The position numbers and the translations under genes were made by a program. A DNA stretch of 49,455 nt from an uncultured Dehalococcoidia bacterium (lineage in GTDB: Bacteria; Chloroflexota; Dehalococcoidia; Lucifugimonadales; CAJWER01). The notes under the pieces were generated by a model. That model ran no database searches, was not told the DNA's origin, and saw nothing but the letters and a program-made list of their open reading frames with translations. The stretch's first letter is position 1, and each line of letters begins with the position of its first letter. Shown piece by piece: positions 20,358 through 29,631 of the stretch. Where the stretch lies: NCBI GenBank assembly GCA_964384845.1, contig CAYLLU010000005.1, positions 12,212-61,666 on the forward strand, read 5' to 3'.

Positions 20358-21545
20358 ATGGTGTGCGATCCGTTACCTGAGTCGGCGGTCCCCAAGCGAA
20401 TACTCCTAGGACCTGGCCCTAGTGAGTCGCATTCCAGGGTTCTACGGGCGATGAGTGGTCCAATGATAGGCTATCTCGATCCCTATTTTTTGCAAGTTAT
20501 GGACGAGGTATCTGATCTTCTCAGGCGGTTGTTTAATACTGAGGACGAACTGGCCATGGTTTTGCCTGGAACCGGCTCTGCTGGGATGGAGGCGGGCCTA
20601 AGTAGTCTTCTTGAGCCTGGTGACACAGTGGTGCTTTGCGTCTGCGGCTTCTTTGGACGGCGCATGGTGGAAATGGCAGAGAGGGCCGGTGCCAATGTAG
20701 TCCTACTAGAGAGCGAGTGGGGGGTTCCATTTCCAGCGGAGATGCTAGAGGCTGAGCTAAAAAAGCATGAGAATGTCAAGCTTGTTGCAACCGTGCACGC
20801 GGAGACCTCTACTGGTGTTCTTCAGCCGCTGGAGGACATCTCCCGGCTAGCAAAGGATCACGACTCCTTATTGATGGTCGACGCCGTAACATCTCTCGGA
20901 GGCACCGAAGTCAAGGTGGATGAGATCGGCATTGACTACTGCTACTCCGGTACCCAAAAATGTCTCGCTGCTCCTCCAGGTTTGTCACCTGTGGTAGTTA
21001 GTCAGAGGGCTATTGAAACCGTCACCAGCCGTAATACCAAGGCAGCCTCCTGGTATCTTGATCTAGCCCTAATTTCCAACTGGTGGGGCAAGAATCATGT
21101 CTATCACCATACTGCGCCGGTCAGTAATATTATCGGTCTGCGGGAAGGCCTAAGGATCATTCTGGAGGAGGGCATGGATCATCGTATTGCAAGGCACAGA
21201 CGTAATTCGGCGGCCCTACGAGCAGGGCTAAAGGCACTTGGACTCCGGCTCGTCGTATCCTCTGAGCACCAACTCGATCAGATCACCCCAGTGTATATAC
21301 CAGAGGGGGTCGAAGATCAGTCTGTACGGGCTGCGCTACTTCGCGATCACCACATCGAGATTGGCAGAGGGCTCGGAGATTTTGCCGGTAAGGTCTGGCG
21401 AATTGGACTGATGGGCGAATCTAGTAGGGCGGAGTACGTGCTAACGTTGTTATCGGCCTTCGAGTCGATACTGCCGGACGCGGGTTTCGAGGTAGCTCTG
21501 GGATCAGGAGTTGGGGCCGCGAGCAGATCATTGGCAGCATCGTAG
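20358..21545 (+). CDS. Alanine-glyoxylate/serine-pyruvate aminotransferase (class V)
   Basis: LLGPGPS, GTGSAGME, HAETSTG, DAVTSLGG, SGTQKCL (PLP Lys), YHHT, WRIGLMG. Confidence 0.95.
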   Translation: MVCDPLPESAVPKRILLGPGPSESHSRVLRAMSGPMIGYLDPYFLQVMDEVSDLLRRLFNTEDELAMVLPGTGSAGMEAGLSSLLEPGDTVVLCVCGFFGRRMVEMAERAGANVVLLESEWGVPFPAEMLEAELKKHENVKLVATVHAETSTGVLQPLEDISRLAKDHDSLLMVDAVTSLGGTEVKVDEIGIDYCYSGTQKCLAAPPGLSPVVVSQRAIETVTSRNTKAASWYLDLALISNWWGKNHVYHHTAPVSNIIGLREGLRIILEEGMDHRIARHRRNSAALRAGLKALGLRLVVSSEHQLDQITPVYIPEGVEDQSVRAALLRDHHIEIGRGLGDFAGKVWRIGLMGESSRAEYVLTLLSAFESILPDAGFEVALGSGVGAASRSLAAS

Positions 21546-21563
21546 ATTCCGTGGAGGGCCCAG

Positions 21564-21770
21564 GTGAAGTATATCCCCATTATATTTCCTATTGCTCTGG
21601 CGGTGATAATCATCGGGATCTTCTTCATCGGCGCGTATGCGATTGCCGAAGGGGCGACCTATTACGATGTCGTAGTATCCGGCAACCGTTTCACAGATGA
21701 TCCGGTGTCGCTGCGGGCCGACCATGACTGGTATCAGGCAGCTGCAATCTTGGTCTGCCCTCTCCATTAA
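21564..21770 (+). CDS. Small single-pass membrane protein ending in CPLH
   Basis: GTG start with GGAGG upstream, 18 nt after the aminotransferase stop; strongly hydrophobic N-terminal helix; 68 aa. Confidence 0.6.
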   Translation: MKYIPIIFPIALAVIIIGIFFIGAYAIAEGATYYDVVVSGNRFTDDPVSLRADHDWYQAAAILVCPLH

Positions 21771-22262
21771 TCCCATGTCTAATACAGCCGCTGGATAGTC
21801 GGGTGAAATGATTTGGGGACTTGGCACCAATCGTCAAATTGATGTTCAAATGTCTGTGTCTATAACACGGAAAACGCGAGTGATTTGGACTGGATGGTGT
21901 TTGATTCTAGGATCATTTTAGGCCACATTGAGGTATACCGGTAGGGTTACTTCTCATCTGTGAAACCGTTTCCTGGTCCCCGATAGTGCATTCGTTGTTG
22001 TGCCATCTTGAAACGGTTGCTTTTTCGAGCCGCGGTTGATTGGGTTGAGATTCAATGATTAAGGCGGAGAGGTAGCTAGGTGTATCGATAGTTAGGTTGC
22101 TTAGTTTGGTCCCTGGTCAGTGGAGGGCTTTTGCGAAATCGGACAGATTCTCCGAGATTTACAAAACGTGACAATGTCTGGCTCCGAGGCAACTAGAATT
22201 CCCTTGAGAATATATTGGTGCGATAACGTGACGTTTCAACTACCGTGTGGAGGGGGCATCAT

Positions 22263-23012
22263 ATGAGCGTATTAGCAGATCAGGTCGCCATCATAACTGG
22301 TGCGGCAACTGGCATAGGCCAGGCCATCGCTTCAAGGCTGGGAAGCGAGGGCGCGCGAATTTTGGTTGTCGATCTAGATCGTGATGAGATGGAGCGGGCA
22401 GCTGGGAAACTTGCGGCCGAGGGGATCGATGTCCGTATTCAGTTGGGTGACGTGGGCGATCACGCTGTCGCTGCGGCGAGCGTTGCACAAGCATTGGAGC
22501 TATGGGGACGCGTCGACATTTTAGTTAACAACGCAGGGATTGCAGGTAATGTGGGTTCCATCTGGGAAATCCCGGTTGAAGAGATGGACCGCGTATATAG
22601 GACCAATCTTCGTGGCGTCTTCTTGTTCTGCCACGCGGTCATACCTCATATGATGGAACATGATTATGGGCGCATCGTGAATATCGCCTCGATTGCGGGT
22701 AAAGAAGGCAATCCTAGGATGGTGCCCTACTCAGCTACCAAAGCGGCCGTCATTGGGCTGACCAAGTCTGTGGGTAAGGAATTGGCTGAAACGGGCATCC
22801 GGGTCAATTGCATAACTCCTGCAGTAATACAGACCAAGATATTGGATCAACTGACCCCAGCACAGGTGGATTATATGTTGGACCGTGTCCCCATGGGGCG
22901 CACGGGTGGGGTTGAGGAGGTTGCTGCACTGGTGGCATGGCTCGCGTCTAAGGAGTGTTCGTTCAGCACCGGTGCGGTCTTCGACATCAGCGGCGGTAGG
23001 GCGACTTACTAA
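22263..23012 (+). CDS. SDR oxidoreductase, 2-keto-3-deoxy-sugar-acid dehydrogenase (LRA5)-like
   Basis: TGAATGIG, NNAG, ASIAGKEGNP, YSATK, C-terminal CSFSTGAVFDISGGRATY; ATG at 22263 follows GGAGG. Confidence 0.88.
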   Translation: MSVLADQVAIITGAATGIGQAIASRLGSEGARILVVDLDRDEMERAAGKLAAEGIDVRIQLGDVGDHAVAAASVAQALELWGRVDILVNNAGIAGNVGSIWEIPVEEMDRVYRTNLRGVFLFCHAVIPHMMEHDYGRIVNIASIAGKEGNPRMVPYSATKAAVIGLTKSVGKELAETGIRVNCITPAVIQTKILDQLTPAQVDYMLDRVPMGRTGGVEEVAALVAWLASKECSFSTGAVFDISGGRATY

Positions 23013-23649
23013 GTCTGGGGCAAAGGGCATGTACCACAGATCAAAGTTAGGTTCGGCGACACTTACACTTGGACCGTATTTTATCTGTCGTTCGTTACGC
23101 CAATGATCCTAACGGGTGTGATCATTGATTGGATGCGTGACGCTGTTAGGGGGCGACGATGAGATGCTACCCTCCGGCAGTTGAGCTTCTCGTAGAGTCT
23201 GACCCTTCTGATTTGATTATTGTGTTGTAAAGTTGATGTTGTTGATGTTAGGGACTCCCCTCACGACAAGACGCACCACTGTTTACAGTGTATACCATGT
23301 CGCTTCCGACGACGTGGTTCAGTAGGGCAGGGACGATCGCCAGGGTGAAAAGCCGTATTGATTCTCGTCTTTGGTAGTTGTGTCAGCCCATACTTGTGGT
23401 GCCTGCTACGACTCTGTCCAAGAGTGCCACTACTACAGATCTGTGATCAGTTGAGGTGTTGTTACTAATGGTTAGCTAACTGCATCGCACTACTATATTA
23501 TGCTTCCGCGTTGGGCAACGATGCGATATTACTCGTTGTTGCACGACAAACGGTGAGGGACGGATGATATATAGAAGACCTGAGAACTTCGTCTATTACC
23601 GAGATAGCACCTTAATTAGGTAGTCTACGACGAGGCTGCCGTGGGAGAT

Positions 23650-24579
23650 TTAAGGAAGACTCGTCTCGGTCTCCGGCTGGTCTCTGCGGGATCTGCGCCC
23701 GAACAAACCATGTTCCCATGAGATCAGGAAATTGGTGGCGATCGCTATAGAACTATAAGTTCCGACTATCACGCCGATCAGCAGCACCCACAAGAAAACC
23801 CTGATAGTTGGTCCCCCGAACAGCAGCAATGCAATTAGGGTGAACAGCAGGGTCAGGCTCGTGTTTAGGGAGCGCCCGATGGTCTCTGAGATACTCAGAT
23901 TGGCATTGGCGTCCAGCGGCCTATTCGGGTAAAGGAGTACATTTTCACGGAGCCTGTCAAACACCACGATCGTATCGTTGACACTGTAGCCGATCACCGT
24001 TAGTAGGGCAATGAGGAACATCGTGTTTACTTCTATGTCTGCTACCACTCCAAGGATAGCGAAGATGCCCACCACAACCATCGTGTCGTGAAGCAGCGCC
24101 AAGATCGCAGCAGTGCCGTAGCGAAAAGGACTTGGCACATTGCGGAAGGCCCACCAGACGTACAGGAAAATGCCCACTGTTGCGGCTAGGACTGCCCAGA
24201 GCGCATTTATCACCGTCTCCGTTGCGACCACTGGCGACACCAGATCAAACGATAGGACTACTACTCCGTCCGGAGAGAGTTTGGTTTGCAGCGTTTCTAC
24301 TAGACTGTCCTTGGCTTCCTCTGCCAATTCCTTTGTCCGAATGAAGAATGTCCGGTCCTCCAACTTTTGGACGATCGAATCCGGATGGCCAGAGAGGGCC
24401 AATTCGTTTCGGAGATAACCCTGATCGACATCCGATTGGAACTCTAGTGCCATTGTAGATCCGCCAGTGAAATCTATACCTGGTTTCAGCCCGGGCGTGA
24501 TTAATAGAAATACGATACCCGGTGCAATAACTAGCAGGGATATTAAGAAAAACCAGTTTCTCTTGCTTACAAAGTCCAA
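23650..24579 (-). CDS. secF: Protein translocase subunit SecF
   Basis: GIDFTGG, LLHD, IGYSVNDTIVVFDRLRE, RSLNTS, GTYSSI. Confidence 0.97.
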   Translation of the reverse strand: MDFVSKRNWFFLISLLVIAPGIVFLLITPGLKPGIDFTGGSTMALEFQSDVDQGYLRNELALSGHPDSIVQKLEDRTFFIRTKELAEEAKDSLVETLQTKLSPDGVVVLSFDLVSPVVATETVINALWAVLAATVGIFLYVWWAFRNVPSPFRYGTAAILALLHDTMVVVGIFAILGVVADIEVNTMFLIALLTVIGYSVNDTIVVFDRLRENVLLYPNRPLDANANLSISETIGRSLNTSLTLLFTLIALLLFGGPTIRVFLWVLLIGVIVGTYSSIAIATNFLISWEHGLFGRRSRRDQPETETSLP

Positions 24580-24614
24580 ATCACAACTCCTTGGACGGGG
24601 TTTCTGGACATTGA

Positions 24615-26534
24615 CTACACCCCGGTGCCGACCGGAGACTCTTGTTGCGGCAAATCCCTGCCACTCGAGGGCACGAACAGGCCGAGACGTTTGCCGATCG
24701 GTGACACTGCAGCTAGTCGAAGGAGAGTTCGGCTGATAGTGATTGCTGAGAACATACTAATGCCTACACCCATAGCCAGCGTCGCTGCGAAGCCTTGTAC
24801 GATGGACGCGCCGAGGGTATCAGCGAACCAGAACAATATGGCGCATGTGATTAACGTCGAAACGTTCCCGTCCCGGATCGCGGGCCAAGCGCGGTTGAAT
24901 CCTATGTTGATGGAGGACAGCAGTGTACGTCCGGCTCGCAGTTCCTCTTTCATCCTCTCGAATATCAGGATGTTCGCGTCCACTGCCATTCCTATCGACA
25001 AGATAGCGGCTGCGATCCCGGACAGGGTCAACGTTACTGGCAATGTCTTGAATACGGCCAGTAGTATGACCGCGTACATGGTAAGGGCGGCGGCTGCAAC
25101 GATGCCTGCCACACGGTAGTAGGCGATCATGAAGAGCAACACAAGGGCCAATCCAACAGCCCCGGCAATTGTACTTTTTCTCAGAGAGTCTGCTCCGAGA
25201 ATAGCGTCGACGTCACGTTCCTGGATCAGTGTGATGGGGATTGGCAGGCGGCCACCCTCCAGTAGGAGGGCGATGTCTCGCACTCGCTCGAAAGTAAATT
25301 CCGCACCCTGGATGAACGCCGTTCCCGAGGTGATCGGCTGGTTCACCACGGGGGAGATCAACTCTACTCCGTCGAGAATGATTGAGATTTCGTCGCGCGT
25401 GCCTGCGATTTGAGAAGTTAGTTCGGCGAACTTGCTAGTGCCATCGGCGTTGAACTCTAGGTTAACGACCGGGAGTCCTGTCTGGGGCAGCTGGCTAGGA
25501 TAGGCTCGGGCCAGGTCGTCGCCTGTTAGACCAAAGTCTTCGTCGACGGCCCCGGCCTCCTCGCCTAACACGAGGTTCGGTGAGTTACCAGTCGTGGCGG
25601 CCAGATCTTCGACCGATACGAAATCGCTGGAGAGGTTGATTATGAACTTATTGGTGTCACCGACGCGAATGATCATCGGCTGCCCGGGAATAGGGAGAAT
25701 CGTCCCATCTGGAAGTGGTATCAAGGGCAGATACGGAATTCGCATTAATCTTGTCTCTGTTCCCTGGATCCCGATAGTCAGGAAGACTGGGAAGATCTGG
25801 TACGCTCCTTCGGTCGGTGTCACGCTGGCTTCCATGCGGTCAGCAAAGTCAGACAGGATAGTGGCCGCCTCGGATTTGAACTCAATCAGGAACGCTGGGG
25901 ACGGCGGGATCTCCTGCTCATCAGTCGCCACGGTTGATGTAGCGGACCCCTCATTGGTACTTGTAGCCACCGATGTGATTTCCACGGAAGTGGTGCTTGT
26001 TGCCGCCACGGGGGTCGTGGTGCCCGGTGTGAAGATCGGTATCGTGTCCGCGTCACCGACTTCGGTAATCGTGCCGACCTCGACACTCAGAACCGAACTG
26101 TCGGTGAGACCGGGCACCTCTTTAGATACGTTAAACTGGCGATGTTTGAACTCAAGACGGGCCGTTTCCCCTATCAGTGATTTGGCCCTGCCCGGGTCCT
26201 GGATGCCTGGAAGCTGGATTAAAAGACGGTCGTCGCCGAGAAGTTGCAGAATGGGCTCGCCAAGTCCGGCAGAGTTTACGCGCCGCTCTATCGTTCGTAG
26301 TAGCGACTGCATTTCTTCGGCCTTAGGTGCGATTGGATTACCGTCCGCATCTCTCAGATCAGCCTGGTATACGAGATGGCTGCCTCCCTGTAGATCCAGG
26401 CCCAGCGTCAGCCCTAGCAGCGTGTCTCCACCGCGCTGGAAGCCTCTGATGGAGATCTCCTGGAAGCTAAGGGCAACCACGGCCGCTGTCACGAGGATGC
26501 CGATAAAGATCAGTGTTCGGGCATATCTACGCAC
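24615..26534 (-). CDS. secD: Protein translocase subunit SecD with enlarged extracytoplasmic region
   Basis: LGLDLQGG, RRVN..G..EP, IGETARLEF, GMAVDANILIFER.KEE, IRDGN, GFA.TL. Confidence 0.97.
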   Translation of the reverse strand: MRRYARTLIFIGILVTAAVVALSFQEISIRGFQRGGDTLLGLTLGLDLQGGSHLVYQADLRDADGNPIAPKAEEMQSLLRTIERRVNSAGLGEPILQLLGDDRLLIQLPGIQDPGRAKSLIGETARLEFKHRQFNVSKEVPGLTDSSVLSVEVGTITEVGDADTIPIFTPGTTTPVAATSTTSVEITSVATSTNEGSATSTVATDEQEIPPSPAFLIEFKSEAATILSDFADRMEASVTPTEGAYQIFPVFLTIGIQGTETRLMRIPYLPLIPLPDGTILPIPGQPMIIRVGDTNKFIINLSSDFVSVEDLAATTGNSPNLVLGEEAGAVDEDFGLTGDDLARAYPSQLPQTGLPVVNLEFNADGTSKFAELTSQIAGTRDEISIILDGVELISPVVNQPITSGTAFIQGAEFTFERVRDIALLLEGGRLPIPITLIQERDVDAILGADSLRKSTIAGAVGLALVLLFMIAYYRVAGIVAAAALTMYAVILLAVFKTLPVTLTLSGIAAAILSIGMAVDANILIFERMKEELRAGRTLLSSINIGFNRAWPAIRDGNVSTLITCAILFWFADTLGASIVQGFAATLAMGVGISMFSAITISRTLLRLAAVSPIGKRLGLFVPSSGRDLPQQESPVGTGV

Positions 26535-28029
26535 CGCCGCCTCCGTTATCCAATATTGACTTTACTAGCAGAATTGCGTCCTGCTTGGTTGAAATCTCTC
26601 CATTCGCCTCTGCCTCGCGTACCAACTCCAAGAGTATCCCAACGCGTGTGCCGGGAGGGAGGGAGCACTCGTCCATGATTTCGTAGCCGTTTAACAGGGC
26701 TGACTTTGCCACATCTGACACTGGAGACTTGTTTTGAAGAATATGTTGGATCACCTGGCAACGATTCGCCCAGTCCTCCACGTCCAGCATGGGACCTCTG
26801 GCCGCCAGGTAGTCGGCCAAGTTCAGATAAAGGGTGGAAGTCGCAGCGTCGCCCACATCTCGATAATATCGGTAGATCGCCCTATTTGTCGGCATCTTGC
26901 CCGGCTCGGCCATCTGGCCGGGACGTAGGTGGTGTTCTACCATGTCACTGACCAGTGCCGTTCCACGACTGCTAAGCCGTAGTCGTCGCACGATCCTCTC
27001 GGCTATCCTAGCGCCCTCTGTGTGGTGACCCAAGAACCTGACCCGGCCGGATTCCTCTGTCGTTTTTGTTGCGGGCTTTGCTACATCGTGGAGGAGGCCT
27101 GAGAGCACTGCCAAGGTCTTGCGTCGGTGACCGTCACTGACCGTCTCATTAAAATACGTTTCCATGGTATCGAAACGAGGGATCATTTCCAGATGCGAGC
27201 TCGATTCGGTCAATTGGCATAGCACCTGCTGCACTTGCCCCGCTGTCTCGAGACAGTGTTCGAGCACGTCCCAATAGTGCTCTTTGGGTTGTTCCACACC
27301 CCTGCTTTCTTCCAACTCCGGAATCAGCGCGCACAATAGGCCGAGCCGGTCCAAGGATCGTAGTGATGCCGTCACGTCTTTGGCATCCAGAATCTTCAAT
27401 AGCTCTTCCCGGACGCGCTCTGGAGCGACCGTTGTGACGAGCGCTGAGTGGTCCTTTATGATATCGGATGTCTTGTTTTCGATTGAGAAATTAAGCTGCG
27501 AGGCGAGTCGTTGGGCCCGCATCAGCCGTACAGGATCATCTGAGAAAACATGTGGTGATAGAGACCTTATTGTTTTATGCTCAAGATCGTACCTGCCCCC
27601 ATGGGGGTCAATCATATTGTCAGGCTGTTCATGTATGCCAATTCCCGAGAGGGGAAAGGCTATGGCGTCGATCGAAAAATCTCTGTGGCCCAGATCTTCG
27701 TCTATGCTGCCACGTAGAGAGGCGATGTCCAAGTGAAGTCCTGTCCCTCCAGGTGGTCCAATACGTATGATATCCCTCTGATCACCCAGCGGTGCTGAGT
27801 GCCACTGGAGGAGTCTGGCCAGCCCCTCGCCAGCCAACTTAGGATCACCCTCCACTGCAATGTCTAAATCCTCCACTGGTCTGTCGAGTAGGGTATCACG
27901 AACAGCTCCACCAACCACGTAGGCCGATTCACTTCGTAAGGCAAAAAAGCCCGTCAGTATGGTCATAACGTGGCGGAGATTGCTGTGGTTGTGAAGGAGT
28001 GGAGTTTTGGCCTCTGTGGTCTGGCTCAT
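26527..28029 (-). CDS. Class II tRNA nucleotidyltransferase with HD domain (probably CC-adding)
   Basis: VGGAVRD, DLD, EDL..RDF, DP.GG..DL, DDPVRLMR, ERVREEL, HYWDVLEH...LLHDVAKP. Confidence 0.92.
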   Translation of the reverse strand: MSQTTEAKTPLLHNHSNLRHVMTILTGFFALRSESAYVVGGAVRDTLLDRPVEDLDIAVEGDPKLAGEGLARLLQWHSAPLGDQRDIIRIGPPGGTGLHLDIASLRGSIDEDLGHRDFSIDAIAFPLSGIGIHEQPDNMIDPHGGRYDLEHKTIRSLSPHVFSDDPVRLMRAQRLASQLNFSIENKTSDIIKDHSALVTTVAPERVREELLKILDAKDVTASLRSLDRLGLLCALIPELEESRGVEQPKEHYWDVLEHCLETAGQVQQVLCQLTESSSHLEMIPRFDTMETYFNETVSDGHRRKTLAVLSGLLHDVAKPATKTTEESGRVRFLGHHTEGARIAERIVRRLRLSSRGTALVSDMVEHHLRPGQMAEPGKMPTNRAIYRYYRDVGDAATSTLYLNLADYLAARGPMLDVEDWANRCQVIQHILQNKSPVSDVAKSALLNGYEIMDECSLPPGTRVGILLELVREAEANGEISTKQDAILLVKSILDNGGGGA

Positions 28030-28042
28030 GAGTGGTGAGGTA

Positions 28043-28543
28043 TCAGACCCCTATTCCCTCGACTTCCACGGAGGATGTTTGGTTCGGGATGAGATCTTGA
28101 TGGCTCTCAAGGTGGTCTAGATAAAGTATTCCATTCAAGTGATCAATCTCATGTTCCAATACTTGGGCCAATAGGCCTTCGGCCCGAAGTCGAACCAACT
28201 TCGACTGCCGGTCGAGCCCCTTGGCCTTGATCAAAATAGCGCGGGTCACTATGGCATGGTAGCCAGGTACGCTTAAGCACCCCTCTTCGACATCTCGCTC
28301 ACCTTCTCGATACGTTATTTCGGGATTGACGAATACCCGAGGCTCCTCCTCCGGAAGCTGAATTGCGATAACGCGTCGTAGCACGCAGATTTGGTTGGCG
28401 GCCAAGCCCACTCCTCCCGCGTCATACAACGTGTCGATGAGGTCATCGGCTAGTACTAATGTAGATCTGTCGATCTTGCGTACCTTCTTGGCTTTTTGCC
28501 TGAGCGCAATGTGGGGATATTCTAGTATGGGTCGTATGGCCAC
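28043..28543 (-). CDS. def: Peptide deformylase
   Basis: GVGLAANQ, EGCLS, HEIDH. Confidence 0.97.
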   Translation of the reverse strand: MAIRPILEYPHIALRQKAKKVRKIDRSTLVLADDLIDTLYDAGGVGLAANQICVLRRVIAIQLPEEEPRVFVNPEITYREGERDVEEGCLSVPGYHAIVTRAILIKAKGLDRQSKLVRLRAEGLLAQVLEHEIDHLNGILYLDHLESHQDLIPNQTSSVEVEGIGV

Positions 28544-28597
28544 TTAGATTCTCCGAGTACGTCTTAAGCAAAAGCGGCCCTTGCCACTCCCTGAGAG

Positions 28598-28627
28598 ATT
28601 ATATCTATCCAGAGACTGGGCTGTAAA
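28598..28627 (-). promoter_or_regulatory. Sigma70-type promoter for def-nucleotidyltransferase-secD-secF
   Basis: TTTACA-N18-TATAAT on the minus strand, ~55 nt upstream of the def start. Confidence 0.55.
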
Positions 28628-29078
28628 GTGAGCCGCGGTACTCAAGACCTCGAATCTTCCGGAAGCTTCAGGTTGCTTCTTGCCGTGTTCTATAGCTGGG
28701 AAGCAAGGGGGCGAATTCGCGGTGCCCCTAAGGGTAATAATTTTGTTGGAATTCGTCATGATTATTGGTACTTACCTCGGTGGTAGTCTAGTAATAAATG
28801 CCCAAGGCAGAGCATATCTCACGCTGGTGTGTCGGTCAGTAACGCCTCCACGTTATCAAGTCATCGATACTGGGTATGGGTTCGATCGTACGTTTCTCCG
28901 CGGTGCGATGGGGAATTACCAAGTAGATTGCCTATAGCTGGATGTTAATCTTGCCGGTAGTTGAGCCACTTGGGGGTCAGGCCTATACCAAATCATGCGG
29001 CTGGTTATGTTCCAGACATAACCAGCGGGCCGATTCGCGGCTCCGCGAAAAATTCATGGAAAACAGATGTTCCAACTA

Positions 29079-29108
29079 TTGACAAGCACATTTGTTCTGC
29101 ATTAAAGT
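29079..29108 (+). promoter_or_regulatory. Sigma70-type promoter in front of the candidate ncRNA
   Basis: TTGACA-N18-TAAAGT; predicted start at ~29115-29116 coincides with the first base of the closing stem. Confidence 0.5.
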
Positions 29109-29115
29109 GTATTCA

Positions 29116-29262
29116 GACACGGAGACGGGGTTCTCGCGAAACCCATAGTGCAACCGTACCGCCCAGTCATCCATAGTCCCTCTTGGGTGCTCCCCTCGAT
29201 CCCCCTCGATCGTCTAAGACGGCGTGGAGTAAAAGTTCCACTGATGGCTGGGCGGCCGTGTC
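29116..29262 (+). ncRNA. Candidate structured non-coding RNA of unknown family (~147 nt)
   Basis: Ends pair (GACACGG/CCGTGTC); 13-bp helix CCGCCCAGTCATC/GATGGCTGGGCGG; hairpins GGGTT..AACCC, CGTC-TAA-GACG and GTGGAGT-AAAA-GTTCCAC; promoter upstream; no credible ORF. Confidence 0.6.
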
Positions 29263-29631
29263 GTTCCCGGGGCCACGCGGTGAGGATTCACAAAATTTGT
29301 TGGTAGTCCTTAGGCCCTAAGTAGAATTGGTTGATCGAGGTTAACGAGAGCATCATAACCAATTTTGTAGTGGTCGAGATAATCGTCTAAGACATGTTGA
29401 TTGGACTATGGTACGTCTTAGGAGATTTGCGTATCTGATCTGTGGGCGTCTAGTAGAAATAGACTTCCTGAATACCGACTCTGATTTCGCTGTGATCCGA
29501 ACAGGGTGTGTAGAGCGGCCCAACTCCCACTGTGCCTTGAAGGTGCCATTCAATAATCATTCTATTGCTGATTCTTCCCTCTATTTGGATTCATCATACG
29601 AGGACTGCGCTCAAGAAAACCGCACTAACCC

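Noticed and set aside
25594-26559. 321-aa plus-strand ORF and similar long antisense ORFs (e.g. 41359-42066, 32884-33507, 24625-25119)
   Set aside because: They are antisense shadows of well-supported genes, with Ser/Arg/Pro-rich composition and no motifs.
28566-28597. Glycine riboswitch suggested by CTCTCAGG in the def leader
   Set aside because: The sequence lies directly after the predicted -10 element and the rest of the aptamer is missing; only a small leader hairpin is evident.
29121-29250. Fluoride riboswitch, HDV-like ribozyme or SRP identity for the structured RNA
   Set aside because: GGAGACGGGGTTCTC and CTGATG resemble the fluoride motif, but the pseudoknot partner does not pair and no gene follows on that strand. 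HDV P1.1/J4-2 elements and the SRP GGAA/AGCAG loop are absent.
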